IMG/VR virus record: IMGVR_UViG_3300047321_000298
Location: 64,001-128,000 of that record
Reading direction: 5' to 3' (one strand)
Source of the DNA: a virus
Lineage: Duplodnaviria > Caudoviricetes
Length of the DNA stretch: 64,000 nt
Position 1 is the first letter of the stretch; each line of letters starts with the position of its first letter. Made by a program: the position numbers and the translations under genes. Shown here one piece after another: positions 43,735 through 52,819 of this stretch. A model generated the notes under the pieces. It did not search any database and was not told the origin of the DNA. It saw only the letters and a list, made by a program, of their open reading frames with translations.

Positions 43735-43739
43735 ATGTG

Positions 43740-43788
43740 TTGCACAATACGTCAGTGGCTGATAGTATGGCTTTGCACAATACGTCAG
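43740..43788 (+). repeat. 16-bp direct repeat TTGCACAATACGTCAG x2 overlapping a sigma70-like promoter
   Basis: copies at 43740-43755 and 43773-43788; TTGCAC-17-TAGTAT. Confidence 0.75.
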
Positions 43789-43869
43789 CTACTGGCTGTA
43801 TGTAATGGATGGTCTGGTTTCTATACTTGACCTCCTTGATATCTACCTCCCTATGAAACGGAGCGCACA

Positions 43870-44217
43870 TTGAAGCAAATCAGCAACCAAACGGTTATCC
43901 AGCAGGCTGACCGCTACCACGACCTCCAACGCAAACACCGCGATCTGATGGCACAGGCACGTGAAGCCGAAGCCGAAATGCGAAAAATTTACCCGGCTCT
44001 GATCAAGGCCGCACAAGGCCAGGATTTCAGCTTTCCCTCCGCCGACGAGTACATGAAAGTGTGTGAAATCAATCAGGTAGAGGGACCTGAGGACGTTCCG
44101 AAGATGCGCGAGATGCTGCTGAAGCTGCGCCGGAAAATCCCGATGACAACAAAAACTTCGGTCGTTGTTCGATATTTAACGGACGACGAGGTGCAAGAAT
44201 CGGATTCGGAGCAGTAA
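43870..44217 (+). CDS. hypothetical protein
   Basis: TTG start with GGAG RBS. Confidence 0.65.
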   Translation: MKQISNQTVIQQADRYHDLQRKHRDLMAQAREAEAEMRKIYPALIKAAQGQDFSFPSADEYMKVCEINQVEGPEDVPKMREMLLKLRRKIPMTTKTSVVVRYLTDDEVQESDSEQ

Positions 44218-44304
44218 ATGGGTATATGGGGACTGCTGTCGCTGTGCGTGGCTTTCCTCTGGGCCGTGTTCGGCATCGTCTATTTCATGGTGCCGAACAG
44301 ATAA
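44218..44304 (+). CDS. 28-aa single-TM peptide MGIWGLLSLCVAFLWAVFGIVYFMVPNR
   Basis: ATG directly after the upstream TAA; translated by hand. Confidence 0.55.
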   Translation: MGIWGLLSLCVAFLWAVFGIVYFMVPNR

Positions 44305-44324
44305 ATTGATCACGGGGGTGGTAA

Positions 44325-44525
44325 ATGCAAGTTGGTCTCCTGTTGCTGATCCTGCTGTCTGATTCATTTGCCTTCGGGCTACGCGCAAGCTGGGGCTACC
44401 CAACAGACCTAGCGGTCGCGTGGGTGCTTGGCTCGCTGCTTCTCATGTCTCTGCCTTACTTCAGAAAACCAAAATGGACGGACGACTCAAAGTGGTTAAG
44501 CTCAGGTCAAGACCTCTGGTCGTGA
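44325..44525 (+). CDS. small two-TM membrane protein
   Basis: two hydrophobic segments, GGGGG RBS. Confidence 0.55.
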   Translation: MQVGLLLLILLSDSFAFGLRASWGYPTDLAVAWVLGSLLLMSLPYFRKPKWTDDSKWLSSGQDLWS

Positions 44526-44692
44526 CTGCACATCGCGTATCTGATTTCAAAATAGAAATACGCGTGCTCCACTCACGGAGCAACAAGCTTCTGAAGTCTG
44601 TACCGTACTTTACGAACTCGAATCGTAATGCGCGGGATATCTGCACGCGTTACATACACAAGCACTATCCACAAACGGGGTCTGCAAAATGA
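44474..44692 (+). CDS. hypothetical basic protein
   Basis: start MDGRLK; ends with ATGA overlap. Confidence 0.45.
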   Translation: MDGRLKVVKLRSRPLVVTAHRVSDFKIEIRVLHSRSNKLLKSVPYFTNSNRNARDICTRYIHKHYPQTGSAK

Positions 44693-45027
44693 ATGTTCGG
44701 CGCTTCAAGAATTCCTTTCTTACTTTTTTCTTCGCTGCGGCCTTATTCGTTGCGTGGCTCGCGGAGCAGTCTTCGAGCCTTTATCAGCAACGAATGACGC
44801 TGCTGATCAGCGTCCTGATGCTGATGTTGTGCATTGCCCTGGCGCTGGCTATTTCAATGCCCGAACAGCCGAAACGGCCCAAAGCGGCGCGCTCGTCCCT
44901 GACACCGGAGCAGCAACGCAATGCCGCGATGTTCCGCCATCAACCGGCCAGCGCTCAGTTTAAGGTCCGCATGTTTTACAACGAGCAACTGCAGCGCACA
45001 GGCAGCAGGGTCCACCGTCAAGCTTAA
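44689..45027 (+). CDS. two-TM membrane protein
   Basis: FLTFFFAAALFVAWL and LLISVLMLMLCIALALAISM. Confidence 0.65.
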   Translation: MNVRRFKNSFLTFFFAAALFVAWLAEQSSSLYQQRMTLLISVLMLMLCIALALAISMPEQPKRPKAARSSLTPEQQRNAAMFRHQPASAQFKVRMFYNEQLQRTGSRVHRQA

Positions 45028-45048
45028 TCAACCGTATTGGGTAGTGAA

Positions 45049-45498
45049 ATGAGTGAAGAAATGCAGCAGCCGCCCGAATTGCAGTTCCTGGAGCTAATCC
45101 GACAGTTGAACGCAGAACTGCCACAGCATCTGAAAGATTATCAAGCGGACGCCTATAGAAGGCCCTCATTTGGAGAGCAGCCTAATCACACCGACCAAGC
45201 GCTTGCCATCTTCTTTCACCACATCGCGTTCGAAACATTCAGTGCGTTTGAGCGCGTGCGGCTAGAAGCCGATGGTGCAGAGGGTGGTGACTTCCCCGAA
45301 ATCAAGTCGCCTGTCGTTCGTAACTTCTGGAGTCGCGTTGTAGAGCAGCGCACAGCGTCTCGTGACCGGCGCGCAGCGGAGATTCTGAACGCGCTGACTG
45401 AGGAAGACCGTCGCGCACTCATTCAAGCTGGTGTCCGCTTTCCATCTCCAGCAAAGCCTGTATCCACTAAGCACAGATCGACACGAAATATGTATTGA
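45049..45498 (+). CDS. hypothetical protein
   Basis: start MSEEMQ. Confidence 0.65.
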   Translation: MSEEMQQPPELQFLELIRQLNAELPQHLKDYQADAYRRPSFGEQPNHTDQALAIFFHHIAFETFSAFERVRLEADGAEGGDFPEIKSPVVRNFWSRVVEQRTASRDRRAAEILNALTEEDRRALIQAGVRFPSPAKPVSTKHRSTRNMY

Positions 45499-45523
45499 CA
45501 CTCTGTGCAAGGCTGTTTAAAGT
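45495..45523 (+). promoter_or_regulatory. sigma70-type promoter with YTGTGC spacer box
   Basis: TTGACA-ctCTGTGCAAggctgtt-TAAAGT (17-nt spacer). Confidence 0.7.
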
Positions 45524-45602
45524 GAAGTCAACGGTGAGCGAAACAGAAAAGCGAACCGATAAGAAAATCCCAAACCACTCCTTATGAAACGGAGAAGAAC
45601 AA

Positions 45603-45992
45603 ATGCAAATCTTCAAAAGCAAGCTGGCTAAAACCGAAACCGCAACCGTTCAACTGAACGCTGACGAAATCGCGAAGTTGAAAAATGCGCTCGGCACTGC
45701 ACCGGAAGCAACGAAGATTAACCTGCTCAACGGCGTATCGATGCGCCAACTGCCGAACCGCTGGTTCACGGTCGAAGCAGACAGCGCTCCCGTGTCGAAG
45801 GTCGAACGCATCGAAGCTGCGCTGCAACTGATCGAAAAGTGCGTGGTGCACAACTATTCACTGAACGTGGAAGCGCCGGACGCCGACGAAGCAGAAAAGC
45901 CGGTTCAAGAGGTCGTACACGGCGGTGGTCGTTCGCACAAAACCCCGCCGTCGCAACTGCTGATCCAGATGTTTAGTCGCCTGTCGTTCTGA
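45603..45992 (+). CDS. hypothetical protein
   Basis: GGAG RBS, 129 aa. Confidence 0.7.
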   Translation: MQIFKSKLAKTETATVQLNADEIAKLKNALGTAPEATKINLLNGVSMRQLPNRWFTVEADSAPVSKVERIEAALQLIEKCVVHNYSLNVEAPDADEAEKPVQEVVHGGGRSHKTPPSQLLIQMFSRLSF

Positions 45993-46069
45993 TCGACTCA
46001 CAGCATTACTTCTAACGACGGCTCTGAAACACGGGCCGCCTGTGTAAAACCTCACTGGAGAAGTACCTC

Positions 46070-46417
46070 ATGTTCAATATCCTCGGTTCCTTCGCGAACG
46101 CAAAGAAGCCCAAGACCGTCGAAGCCTGCGCCGAATACGTCAAAGGTCACTGGGTTGTGTTGGTCCGCAATGCTGGTCACAAGAACTGGGTGCCGGTTCT
46201 GGATCACCAGAAGCAGATTTCCGACCACGATGCTTTTGGCGAAGTGATCCATACGCGTGCGTCAATCATGACGTTCGGAACTAAGGCCCAAGCTGACGAC
46301 TATATCCGCGTTTCGATTCCGGAAGCGGCCGAACACCGCGCGCAGCGCAGGCCGTCCAAGGAACTGGTGAATTTTTCGATTCCTTCGGGATCACGGGATT
46401 CCATGATCGCTGCCTGA
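46070..46417 (+). CDS. hypothetical protein
   Basis: GGAG RBS, 115 aa. Confidence 0.7.
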   Translation: MFNILGSFANAKKPKTVEACAEYVKGHWVVLVRNAGHKNWVPVLDHQKQISDHDAFGEVIHTRASIMTFGTKAQADDYIRVSIPEAAEHRAQRRPSKELVNFSIPSGSRDSMIAA

Positions 46418-46505
46418 CTCGTGAACTGTGTGGAGCGGGTGGGCGATTTGCCCACCTTCAGTAAATAAGATAGTAGAACCCTCCACATTTCACTGTAGGT
46501 AGCCT

Positions 46506-46787
46506 ATGCAGAATTCAGTTCCTGCGGTCGGGACCGAAATCCCGATTGTCGAAGGATCACTGGTCTTGAGCCGTGATCAACGCACGCAAGTGTGCCGTAT
46601 CAAATACCAAAAAGATTCGGAAGATTGGGTTATGGTCCCCGCCCGCCTGAATCGACACGGATCGCTCATCAATCACGGACTGCTCGTGTTTCTGAACAGC
46701 CAAGCGACAGCGTCCAACACCCACATCCGAATCACTGCGATCCAACCAACCGGGAAAGGTGCTTATGCCAGTCCCGCTACGGTTTGA
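46506..46787 (+). CDS. hypothetical protein
   Basis: downstream of AGTAAATA at 46460. Confidence 0.65.
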   Translation: MQNSVPAVGTEIPIVEGSLVLSRDQRTQVCRIKYQKDSEDWVMVPARLNRHGSLINHGLLVFLNSQATASNTHIRITAIQPTGKGAYASPATV

Positions 46788-47454
46788 CCTCGTAGCTGCC
46801 GACAGATCAAAGCTTAGTCTAGGTGCCCTGGCGGAATACCGCAAACTCAGGGCGCTAATCCCCCGGGAACGTGAGAAGTATTATCGGGTACACCAGCAAA
46901 CGCTGCGTGTAGCGAACCTCTATTACGACCAACACGACCAGCGTGACTACGTGGTGCGGCTGCGCTTAAGCGTGCGCAACGCAACGCGGGGCTCTGTGCC
47001 GTCCTCAGGCATGAGCACACCCACAGTCGCGGGCTACGTCACGAGCGGCACAGAGCAGCTATACAACGCAGAGCAGCACCTACTTTCTGCGGCCTATCGC
47101 AAAGTTCGTTCTCTGGTTCATCCCGACTCCAGTAAATTAAAGAATAGCCAAGAGCTATTTCAGTTAGTGAACGCAGCGTATCACCTGCGTGACCTGACGT
47201 TTTTACAGGAGACGTACTTTACGCTGGCTAAAGCGCACGATCTGTTCTGGCAGCAGACGGACGGTCTCGAATACGTAAAGCAGGAACTGGAGCGACCGAA
47301 GGCTAGCCTTCGCATCCTTCAGGCGTCTCCTGAATTCCGTATCTCGCAATTACATATGACTCGCAAGTTCGATGATGCGGCAAAGCTCGCTGATCTTCGT
47401 ATCAAGCAGCTAATTGTCGAACTGACTGCCGAGTTTCATTCGCTGCTCACGTAG
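46759..47454 (+). CDS. protein with internal J-domain-like motif (HPD)
   Basis: LSAAYRKVRSLVHPD....QELFQLVNAAY. Confidence 0.65.
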   Translation: MLMPVPLRFDLVAADRSKLSLGALAEYRKLRALIPREREKYYRVHQQTLRVANLYYDQHDQRDYVVRLRLSVRNATRGSVPSSGMSTPTVAGYVTSGTEQLYNAEQHLLSAAYRKVRSLVHPDSSKLKNSQELFQLVNAAYHLRDLTFLQETYFTLAKAHDLFWQQTDGLEYVKQELERPKASLRILQASPEFRISQLHMTRKFDDAAKLADLRIKQLIVELTAEFHSLLT

Positions 47455-47480
47455 TTCACCCATCTATTCAGAGGTATCAA

Positions 47481-48137
47481 TTGAAATCCACTACCAAGGT
47501 GAGTGGCGGGAATCTCACGCCCCTCGAAAAAGCACGTCTCGCGCGTGCTGCCAACAAGGCAAACGGCACAACGTCTACAGCTACACGTTCGGCGCTGCCC
47601 ATCTACGAAGCGCCCGCAGATTTCACCCCGCACTTCCTGGAAGTGGTGGTGCGCACTGAGAAAGACGGTCTGTTCGCCACGGGCATCCGTGCGACTCGCT
47701 TCAAGGGTCGCTATGACCCGAACGCGGAAGACAAGAAAAAGTTCGATATGGCTGCGTACGACCAGACAACGATCATGGGCATCATGGCTCGCCTGTCGGC
47801 CGTCACGTTCAAGCCGACCAACGAGAACAAGTATCCCAAGTCGCCTAAAGAGCGCATTGGTCTCAAGGGTTCCTTCCGACTCCCGGCATCAACGAGCTTC
47901 AAGCTGATCATGCGCGTTGGACGCCGCTCCGCCGATCAAGCACTGATGGTCGGCATCAAACAGATCAAGCAGGGCATCAAGAAAAACGGCGTGATGACTG
48001 CCATCACGTTGCAGAACGACGACCCTGTGTATCGGTTGCTTCGTCGCGCTACGCGGTTCCTGCCCGCTGCATTCGCGAATGTTCAGCAACCGCCTGCAAA
48101 GCGCCGCACGAAGAAAACCACAGACTCCGACGAGTGA
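47481..48137 (+). CDS. hypothetical basic protein
   Basis: TTG start, GAGG RBS, 218 aa. Confidence 0.7.
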   Translation: MKSTTKVSGGNLTPLEKARLARAANKANGTTSTATRSALPIYEAPADFTPHFLEVVVRTEKDGLFATGIRATRFKGRYDPNAEDKKKFDMAAYDQTTIMGIMARLSAVTFKPTNENKYPKSPKERIGLKGSFRLPASTSFKLIMRVGRRSADQALMVGIKQIKQGIKKNGVMTAITLQNDDPVYRLLRRATRFLPAAFANVQQPPAKRRTKKTTDSDE

Positions 48138-48260
48138 AATTCGAAGTCTCTAGTAAATAAGCTTGTGAAGGCCCTTCGAGGTTCCCCGCATTCAGGACGG
48201 ATGCAAGGGTTGCCGGTCCCCACTCCGCAGACCGGTACTGCCTATCTTTGAGGAAATCAA

Positions 48261-49031
48261 ATGGCAAAGAAGAACGCTGCAACTGCCGCTGCACCGAAAG
48301 CATCGGCTATCGGTTTGGCTGTCTACGCTCAGGTCACAGCCAAGGTTCTGGCTGATGGCGCACCGAAGGACGGTGCCTACTTCGGTGAAGGCGGTCTGGT
48401 GATCCCGCGCACGAATGTTATCACGGTCGTGGGCAAGACGATTTACTACCGCAAGCTCGAACTGATCGGCAGCATCAAGGAAGTCACGATCAAGAACGAC
48501 GTTGTGATCTACATCACGGACGCGGGTCCTGTGATCGCGCTCAACCCGGCTGATCTTCACATCGGTGAAACTCTGAGCGCGCCGGTCGCTGCTGTTGCTG
48601 CTGAATCGGACAGCGACGAAGAGGAAGACGACCAAGACGACGAACCGGCACCGGCTCCGAAGAAGCGCGGCGCTAAGAAGCCCGCTGTCGCTGCTGACGA
48701 AGACGAAGACGACGAAGACGAAGATTCGGACAACGACGACGAAGACGACGAACCCGCTCCGAAAAAGCGCGGTAAGAAAGTCGTAGACGAAGACGACGAA
48801 GACGACGAACCGGCTCCGAAAAAGCGCGGTAAGAAAGTCGTAGACGAAGACGACGAAGACGAAGATTCGGACAACGACGACGAAGACGAGGACGACGAAC
48901 CGGCACCGAAGAAGCGTGGCGGCCGTAAGCCCGCTCGTGACGAAGATGAAGATGAAGACGACGAACCCGCTCCGAAAAAGCGTGGCAAGCCGTCGCGCGA
49001 TGAAGACGAAGACGAAGAAGAGATGTTCTAA
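48261..49031 (+). CDS. protein with alternating acidic/basic repeats (DEDDEPAPKKRG) ending EEEMF
   Basis: five EPAP(AP)KKRG units separated by D/E tracts; GAGG RBS; AGTAAATA at 48152. Confidence 0.8.
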   Translation: MAKKNAATAAAPKASAIGLAVYAQVTAKVLADGAPKDGAYFGEGGLVIPRTNVITVVGKTIYYRKLELIGSIKEVTIKNDVVIYITDAGPVIALNPADLHIGETLSAPVAAVAAESDSDEEEDDQDDEPAPAPKKRGAKKPAVAADEDEDDEDEDSDNDDEDDEPAPKKRGKKVVDEDDEDDEPAPKKRGKKVVDEDDEDEDSDNDDEDEDDEPAPKKRGGRKPARDEDEDEDDEPAPKKRGKPSRDEDEDEEEMF

Positions 49032-49046
49032 GTAGCCGTCTGCGTT

Positions 49047-49090
49047 GGGGTAGGGAGCACCTGTATTGCAGGAGGTTCCCTGCCCCTTTT
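49047..49090 (+). terminator. intrinsic terminator
   Basis: GGGGTAGGGAGC...GTTCCCTGCCCC + TTTT. Confidence 0.65.
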
Positions 49091-49105
49091 GCGTTCGAAA
49101 CATAC

Positions 49106-49453
49106 ATGGTGGTGGCCGTGGTTGATAGTAAAAAGCCCAACAGCAAGAAACGCGATGAGCGCGAACATCTGGCGTTATTCAGTCAAGACTGCAAGCGATG
49201 TAAGCACCTGGACCCTGCCGAAAAGACTGCGTACACGCAATGTCACTTTTCGAAAGGGAACGAATACTGTCCGGCTTCGGAGATTCAGATCGTTGTTGTG
49301 GGTGCGGCCTACCGCTTAGCGAAGCAGTTGAGAGCAGCACGAGACCAGCGGGACGCGGTTACAGAGGCCAGATTGATGGCCAAGGTTGCAAAGGAAACTG
49401 AGGCGTTCCAGGAACGTTTCTATCAAGCGATTGAGACCGGAGAACAAGAGTGA
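49106..49453 (+). CDS. Cys-rich hypothetical protein
   Basis: CKRC...C...C. Confidence 0.6.
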   Translation: MVVAVVDSKKPNSKKRDEREHLALFSQDCKRCKHLDPAEKTAYTQCHFSKGNEYCPASEIQIVVVGAAYRLAKQLRAARDQRDAVTEARLMAKVAKETEAFQERFYQAIETGEQE

Positions 49454-50274
49454 ACACGGAAGAGATTATGAAAGTCTCTAAATCAGATGAGCCGACGATC
49501 ATCCATCTGACGCGGATCAAGCAGTGGTACATCGTAGCCGACGCAGAGTCCTATCTGACGCTACGTAAAGCGGGCGTCGCTCTGACCCGGTTCCATCAGG
49601 ATTTCCTGCCCACGCTCAGGATGCTGACGCGCGGCAAAAACATTCGCGGCAAGGAGATTGATTTTCGCAAGGAAATCATGGCTCCATACTTTGACAAGAT
49701 CGGCGCGACGTGGAATCGAAAGCCTCATTGCGATTGCACGATTGGATCGAAGACCATGGTTTTCGAAACGTTGAAGGCTGAGAGCCTGCCGATTGCCAAG
49801 GCATCGATCCCGAAGCTTCAGGACATCCTGACCAAATTCTTCCAGCGCTGGGGCTACCGTTCGACTTTCGAGTACTCGGAGCTTCGCGGCAAGTGCAAGC
49901 TCAACGTTGAGTACTGGTTCGATCCTGAGCGTCAGCCTGTCGTGATTCTTGAAGACGAGCCAGAGGACCTGAACAAGAAAGTTCAGTTCAAGCTGGGGAA
50001 TCTGCGCCTCACTTTCACGTTCGACAATTTTGAATCGAGAACGGTAATTAGCAGGGGTGTCAGGCGCGCATCTAACGATGACGAGCGCCCACCGAAGGAC
50101 TACCAGATTGGCTACGTGCACACCTTGGTCGAAATCTCGCAGGGCGGCAAGTTCGTGCCTGTCCAGAGTTCGCGATGCACCTGGTCGGAACTGTCCACTG
50201 TTAAACCGCTGATCGCTGCACTGATGGATGTGCCTAACCGTCAGCCAAATAACTTTAACGAAGCTCCCGATTAA
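49450..50274 (+). CDS. hypothetical protein
   Basis: GTGA-coupled; abuts the gyrB-like gene. Confidence 0.7.
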   Translation: MNTEEIMKVSKSDEPTIIHLTRIKQWYIVADAESYLTLRKAGVALTRFHQDFLPTLRMLTRGKNIRGKEIDFRKEIMAPYFDKIGATWNRKPHCDCTIGSKTMVFETLKAESLPIAKASIPKLQDILTKFFQRWGYRSTFEYSELRGKCKLNVEYWFDPERQPVVILEDEPEDLNKKVQFKLGNLRLTFTFDNFESRTVISRGVRRASNDDERPPKDYQIGYVHTLVEISQGGKFVPVQSSRCTWSELSTVKPLIAALMDVPNRQPNNFNEAPD

Positions 50275-52818
50275 ATGGCAAAGACTTCTACGACTCAAGC
50301 CTACGATAGTTCCTCGATTCAAACGCTGCGGTTCCCCGATGACATCCGTTCGTCGCCTGGTATGTTCATCGGATCAACAGACGGCTACGGCCTGTGGGTT
50401 TTGATTCGTGAGATGCTGGACAACGCGATTGACGAATTCCTGGCGGGCCGTGGCTCTTCCGTCCGGCTCCATGTTCAAGATGGCGAATACTGGGTACTGG
50501 ACGACGCGAACGGTATCCCGCAAGGTATTCAGAAACACGTCCAGCACATCAACGGCAAGGACGTGACGATCAAGACACCGACGATGCAAGCGGTGTTTGG
50601 TGAGTTGCACACGTCGGGCAAATTCCATTCTGAAGCCTACAAGATTTCGCGCGGTACTCATGGTATCGGCGTGAAGGCAACGAACGCACTGTCGAAGTTT
50701 CTGAATATCTTCACCTTCTACGAAGGCCAGTGGTATTCGATTGCGTTCAAGAAAGGCAAAATCGTTCAGGCAGTCGAGAAGTGCAAAGCCCCAAAGCTGT
50801 GGGATGGCTCGACCGCGACGCGCGGCACGCTCCTGCACATGGCTCCAGACCTCACGGTCTTCAGTGCGAAGTCGTTCCCCTCATCTCTGACTATCGAATG
50901 GGCAGAGATTGCGGCGCTTCTGAGCCCCGGTTTCAAGGTCGTCGTTTCCTCGCCAAAAGGCAAGAAAGAATTCTTCTCGGACAAGGGGCCATCAGAGTTT
51001 GTCACCCGGTTCATCGAGAAGCACAATCTGATGGGCGAGCGTCAGATGTTCGAGTACAAGTCAGAACTCGCAGACGTAATTATCGGATTCACGAACCACG
51101 ATGGCTGTAGCGTTCGCGGGTTCGTCAACGGCCTGAGTCAGGCGCAGGGTGGTAAGCACGTTGAATCTGTAACCGGCGCGCTCTATGCGGGCCTGAAGCC
51201 GTTTATCAAGACGAAGAAGGTCAAGGAAGACGGCAAGGTCAAGGAAGTCCCAAGCTTCAAGGAAGCGGACCTGAAAGAAGGGCTCGTGGGCATGGTCAAC
51301 ATGTACCTGCACAAAGCCACTTATTCATCGCAGGACAAAGCGCGCCTTTCTGATGATCGAGCAGGCGAGCCGTTCGAGCAGCTACTCGAAGTAGCGACGA
51401 AGAAATTCTTCCAGGACAACAAGGCGCTGGCTAATCGCCTGTGCGAACGCGCTGCGCAGATGAACGCGCTCAAGCAAAAGTTCACGCTGTCGAAGGCTGC
51501 GGCTAAGGCGCTCAACGGACTGCGCCGAAATGGTCTCCCCGCGAAGTTTGCATCGTGGGACCTGAAGACGAAGGCGCAAGACCGCGAACTGTACATCGTG
51601 GAAGGCGACTCCGCAGGCGGTACCGTCAAGAAAGCGCGTTTTTCGTATCAAGGCATTCTGCCGCTGAAGGGCAAAATCTTCAACGCGCTGAAGGACGCTA
51701 CAGGCAAGACGCTGGAGTCAGAGGAAATTCTGAACATCCTTGCGGCTATCGGCTACGACGTGAACGCGGCCGATCCGTATGCGAAGTTGCAAGTCGGCAA
51801 GATCGTCTGTCTGGCTGACCCGGACTCCGATGGCCCGTTCGTTGGTGAGACGAAGATTCGCGTTCGACGCGCAGATGACGGTGATCTGGGTGCTCAGCCT
51901 CACGAGGTCGAGATTCAGACGCTTGTAGGCGTCACGGGCGCTATCCAGTTCGAAGTTCCGGTCTGGACCGGCACGAAGGAAATCTGGGCATCGGCTACGG
52001 CCGAACTCGTGCGTCACGTTGACACGCTGGTAGCGCTCGAAATCGCGGGCACGAAATACAAGGTGTCTGAGGATCACAAATTCCTGGTGCATGCCAACAC
52101 ACCGGCTATGCGCGGTCGTCCCCAGGCAGCATCCAAGTTCGAAAATCTGGTGTTTGTGCGCGCGGCCGATCTGCATATAGGTGACCGTGTGTTCATGCCT
52201 TCGAACAACGGATCGCGCCAGCCGAACGAAGCCGACAAGTTCACGAAGCTTGGGTTTGCGCCAGTCTCGAAGCTGCGAATCCAGAAACTGTCAGAGCCGA
52301 TCCCGGTGTACTGCCTGCAGGTTCCGAACCATCACCAGTTCATTCTGCCGTCCGGAATCGTATCGAGCAACTGCCACATCAATTCGCTGCTGCTCGCGCT
52401 GTTCTACCGGTACCTGCCCGATCTGTTTGAGCGCGGAATGGTCTACATCGCTGACGCTCCGGAATTCTATTCTCTGTACAAGGGGCAACTCGTGTACGGC
52501 GATTCGCTGTCTGAAGTCCAGAACCTGCTGAAGAAGAAATGCAAGGCTCCGGATAGCACGGCGATTCGCCACGTCAAGGGGTACGGCGAACTGGATGAAG
52601 ACCTGGTGAAGATCATGGTCATGGACCCGAAGACGCGCAAGCTCATCCGGATCAAGGCAATCGAAACGGAGGACAAGGTGGAGTTCGCGTCACTTATGAA
52701 CGAAGACGTAGCGTATCGACGCAGCCTGTTGGGTTTGCCTGAAGACGCAGAAAGCGAAGAAAAAGTTTCGGCAAAGGCGAAGACAGCAGTAAATACGAAA
52801 GTGAAGGAGGCTGCGTAA
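50275..52818 (+). CDS. gyrB: type IIA topoisomerase subunit B (GyrB/ParE-like) with intein
   Basis: EMLDNAIDE, GTHGIG, EGDSAGG, PLKGK, DPDSDG-[insert]-CHI. Confidence 0.93.
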   Translation: MAKTSTTQAYDSSSIQTLRFPDDIRSSPGMFIGSTDGYGLWVLIREMLDNAIDEFLAGRGSSVRLHVQDGEYWVLDDANGIPQGIQKHVQHINGKDVTIKTPTMQAVFGELHTSGKFHSEAYKISRGTHGIGVKATNALSKFLNIFTFYEGQWYSIAFKKGKIVQAVEKCKAPKLWDGSTATRGTLLHMAPDLTVFSAKSFPSSLTIEWAEIAALLSPGFKVVVSSPKGKKEFFSDKGPSEFVTRFIEKHNLMGERQMFEYKSELADVIIGFTNHDGCSVRGFVNGLSQAQGGKHVESVTGALYAGLKPFIKTKKVKEDGKVKEVPSFKEADLKEGLVGMVNMYLHKATYSSQDKARLSDDRAGEPFEQLLEVATKKFFQDNKALANRLCERAAQMNALKQKFTLSKAAAKALNGLRRNGLPAKFASWDLKTKAQDRELYIVEGDSAGGTVKKARFSYQGILPLKGKIFNALKDATGKTLESEEILNILAAIGYDVNAADPYAKLQVGKIVCLADPDSDGPFVGETKIRVRRADDGDLGAQPHEVEIQTLVGVTGAIQFEVPVWTGTKEIWASATAELVRHVDTLVALEIAGTKYKVSEDHKFLVHANTPAMRGRPQAASKFENLVFVRAADLHIGDRVFMPSNNGSRQPNEADKFTKLGFAPVSKLRIQKLSEPIPVYCLQVPNHHQFILPSGIVSSNCHINSLLLALFYRYLPDLFERGMVYIADAPEFYSLYKGQLVYGDSLSEVQNLLKKKCKAPDSTAIRHVKGYGELDEDLVKIMVMDPKTRKLIRIKAIETEDKVEFASLMNEDVAYRRSLLGLPEDAESEEKVSAKAKTAVNTKVKEAA
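51835..52371 (+). mobile_element. 179-aa mini-intein, Pro1, class-3-like
   Basis: block A PFVGETKI, block B SEDHKF, block F VYCLQV, block G IVSSN followed by Cys+1; no endonuclease motif. Confidence 0.8.
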
Positions 52819-52819
52819 C

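Noticed and set aside
44213-44220. AGTAAATG as a promoter copy
   Set aside because: Explained by a TAA-ATG gene junction; it has a mismatch and no AGTR tail.
48630-49020. CRISPR array or tandem DNA repeat element
   Set aside because: The repeats are in-frame coding units (EPAPKKRG) with synonymous variation and no unique spacers of constant length.
48192-49103. 303-aa antisense ORF
   Set aside because: Shadow of the low-complexity plus-strand gene, which has an RBS, promoter and terminator.
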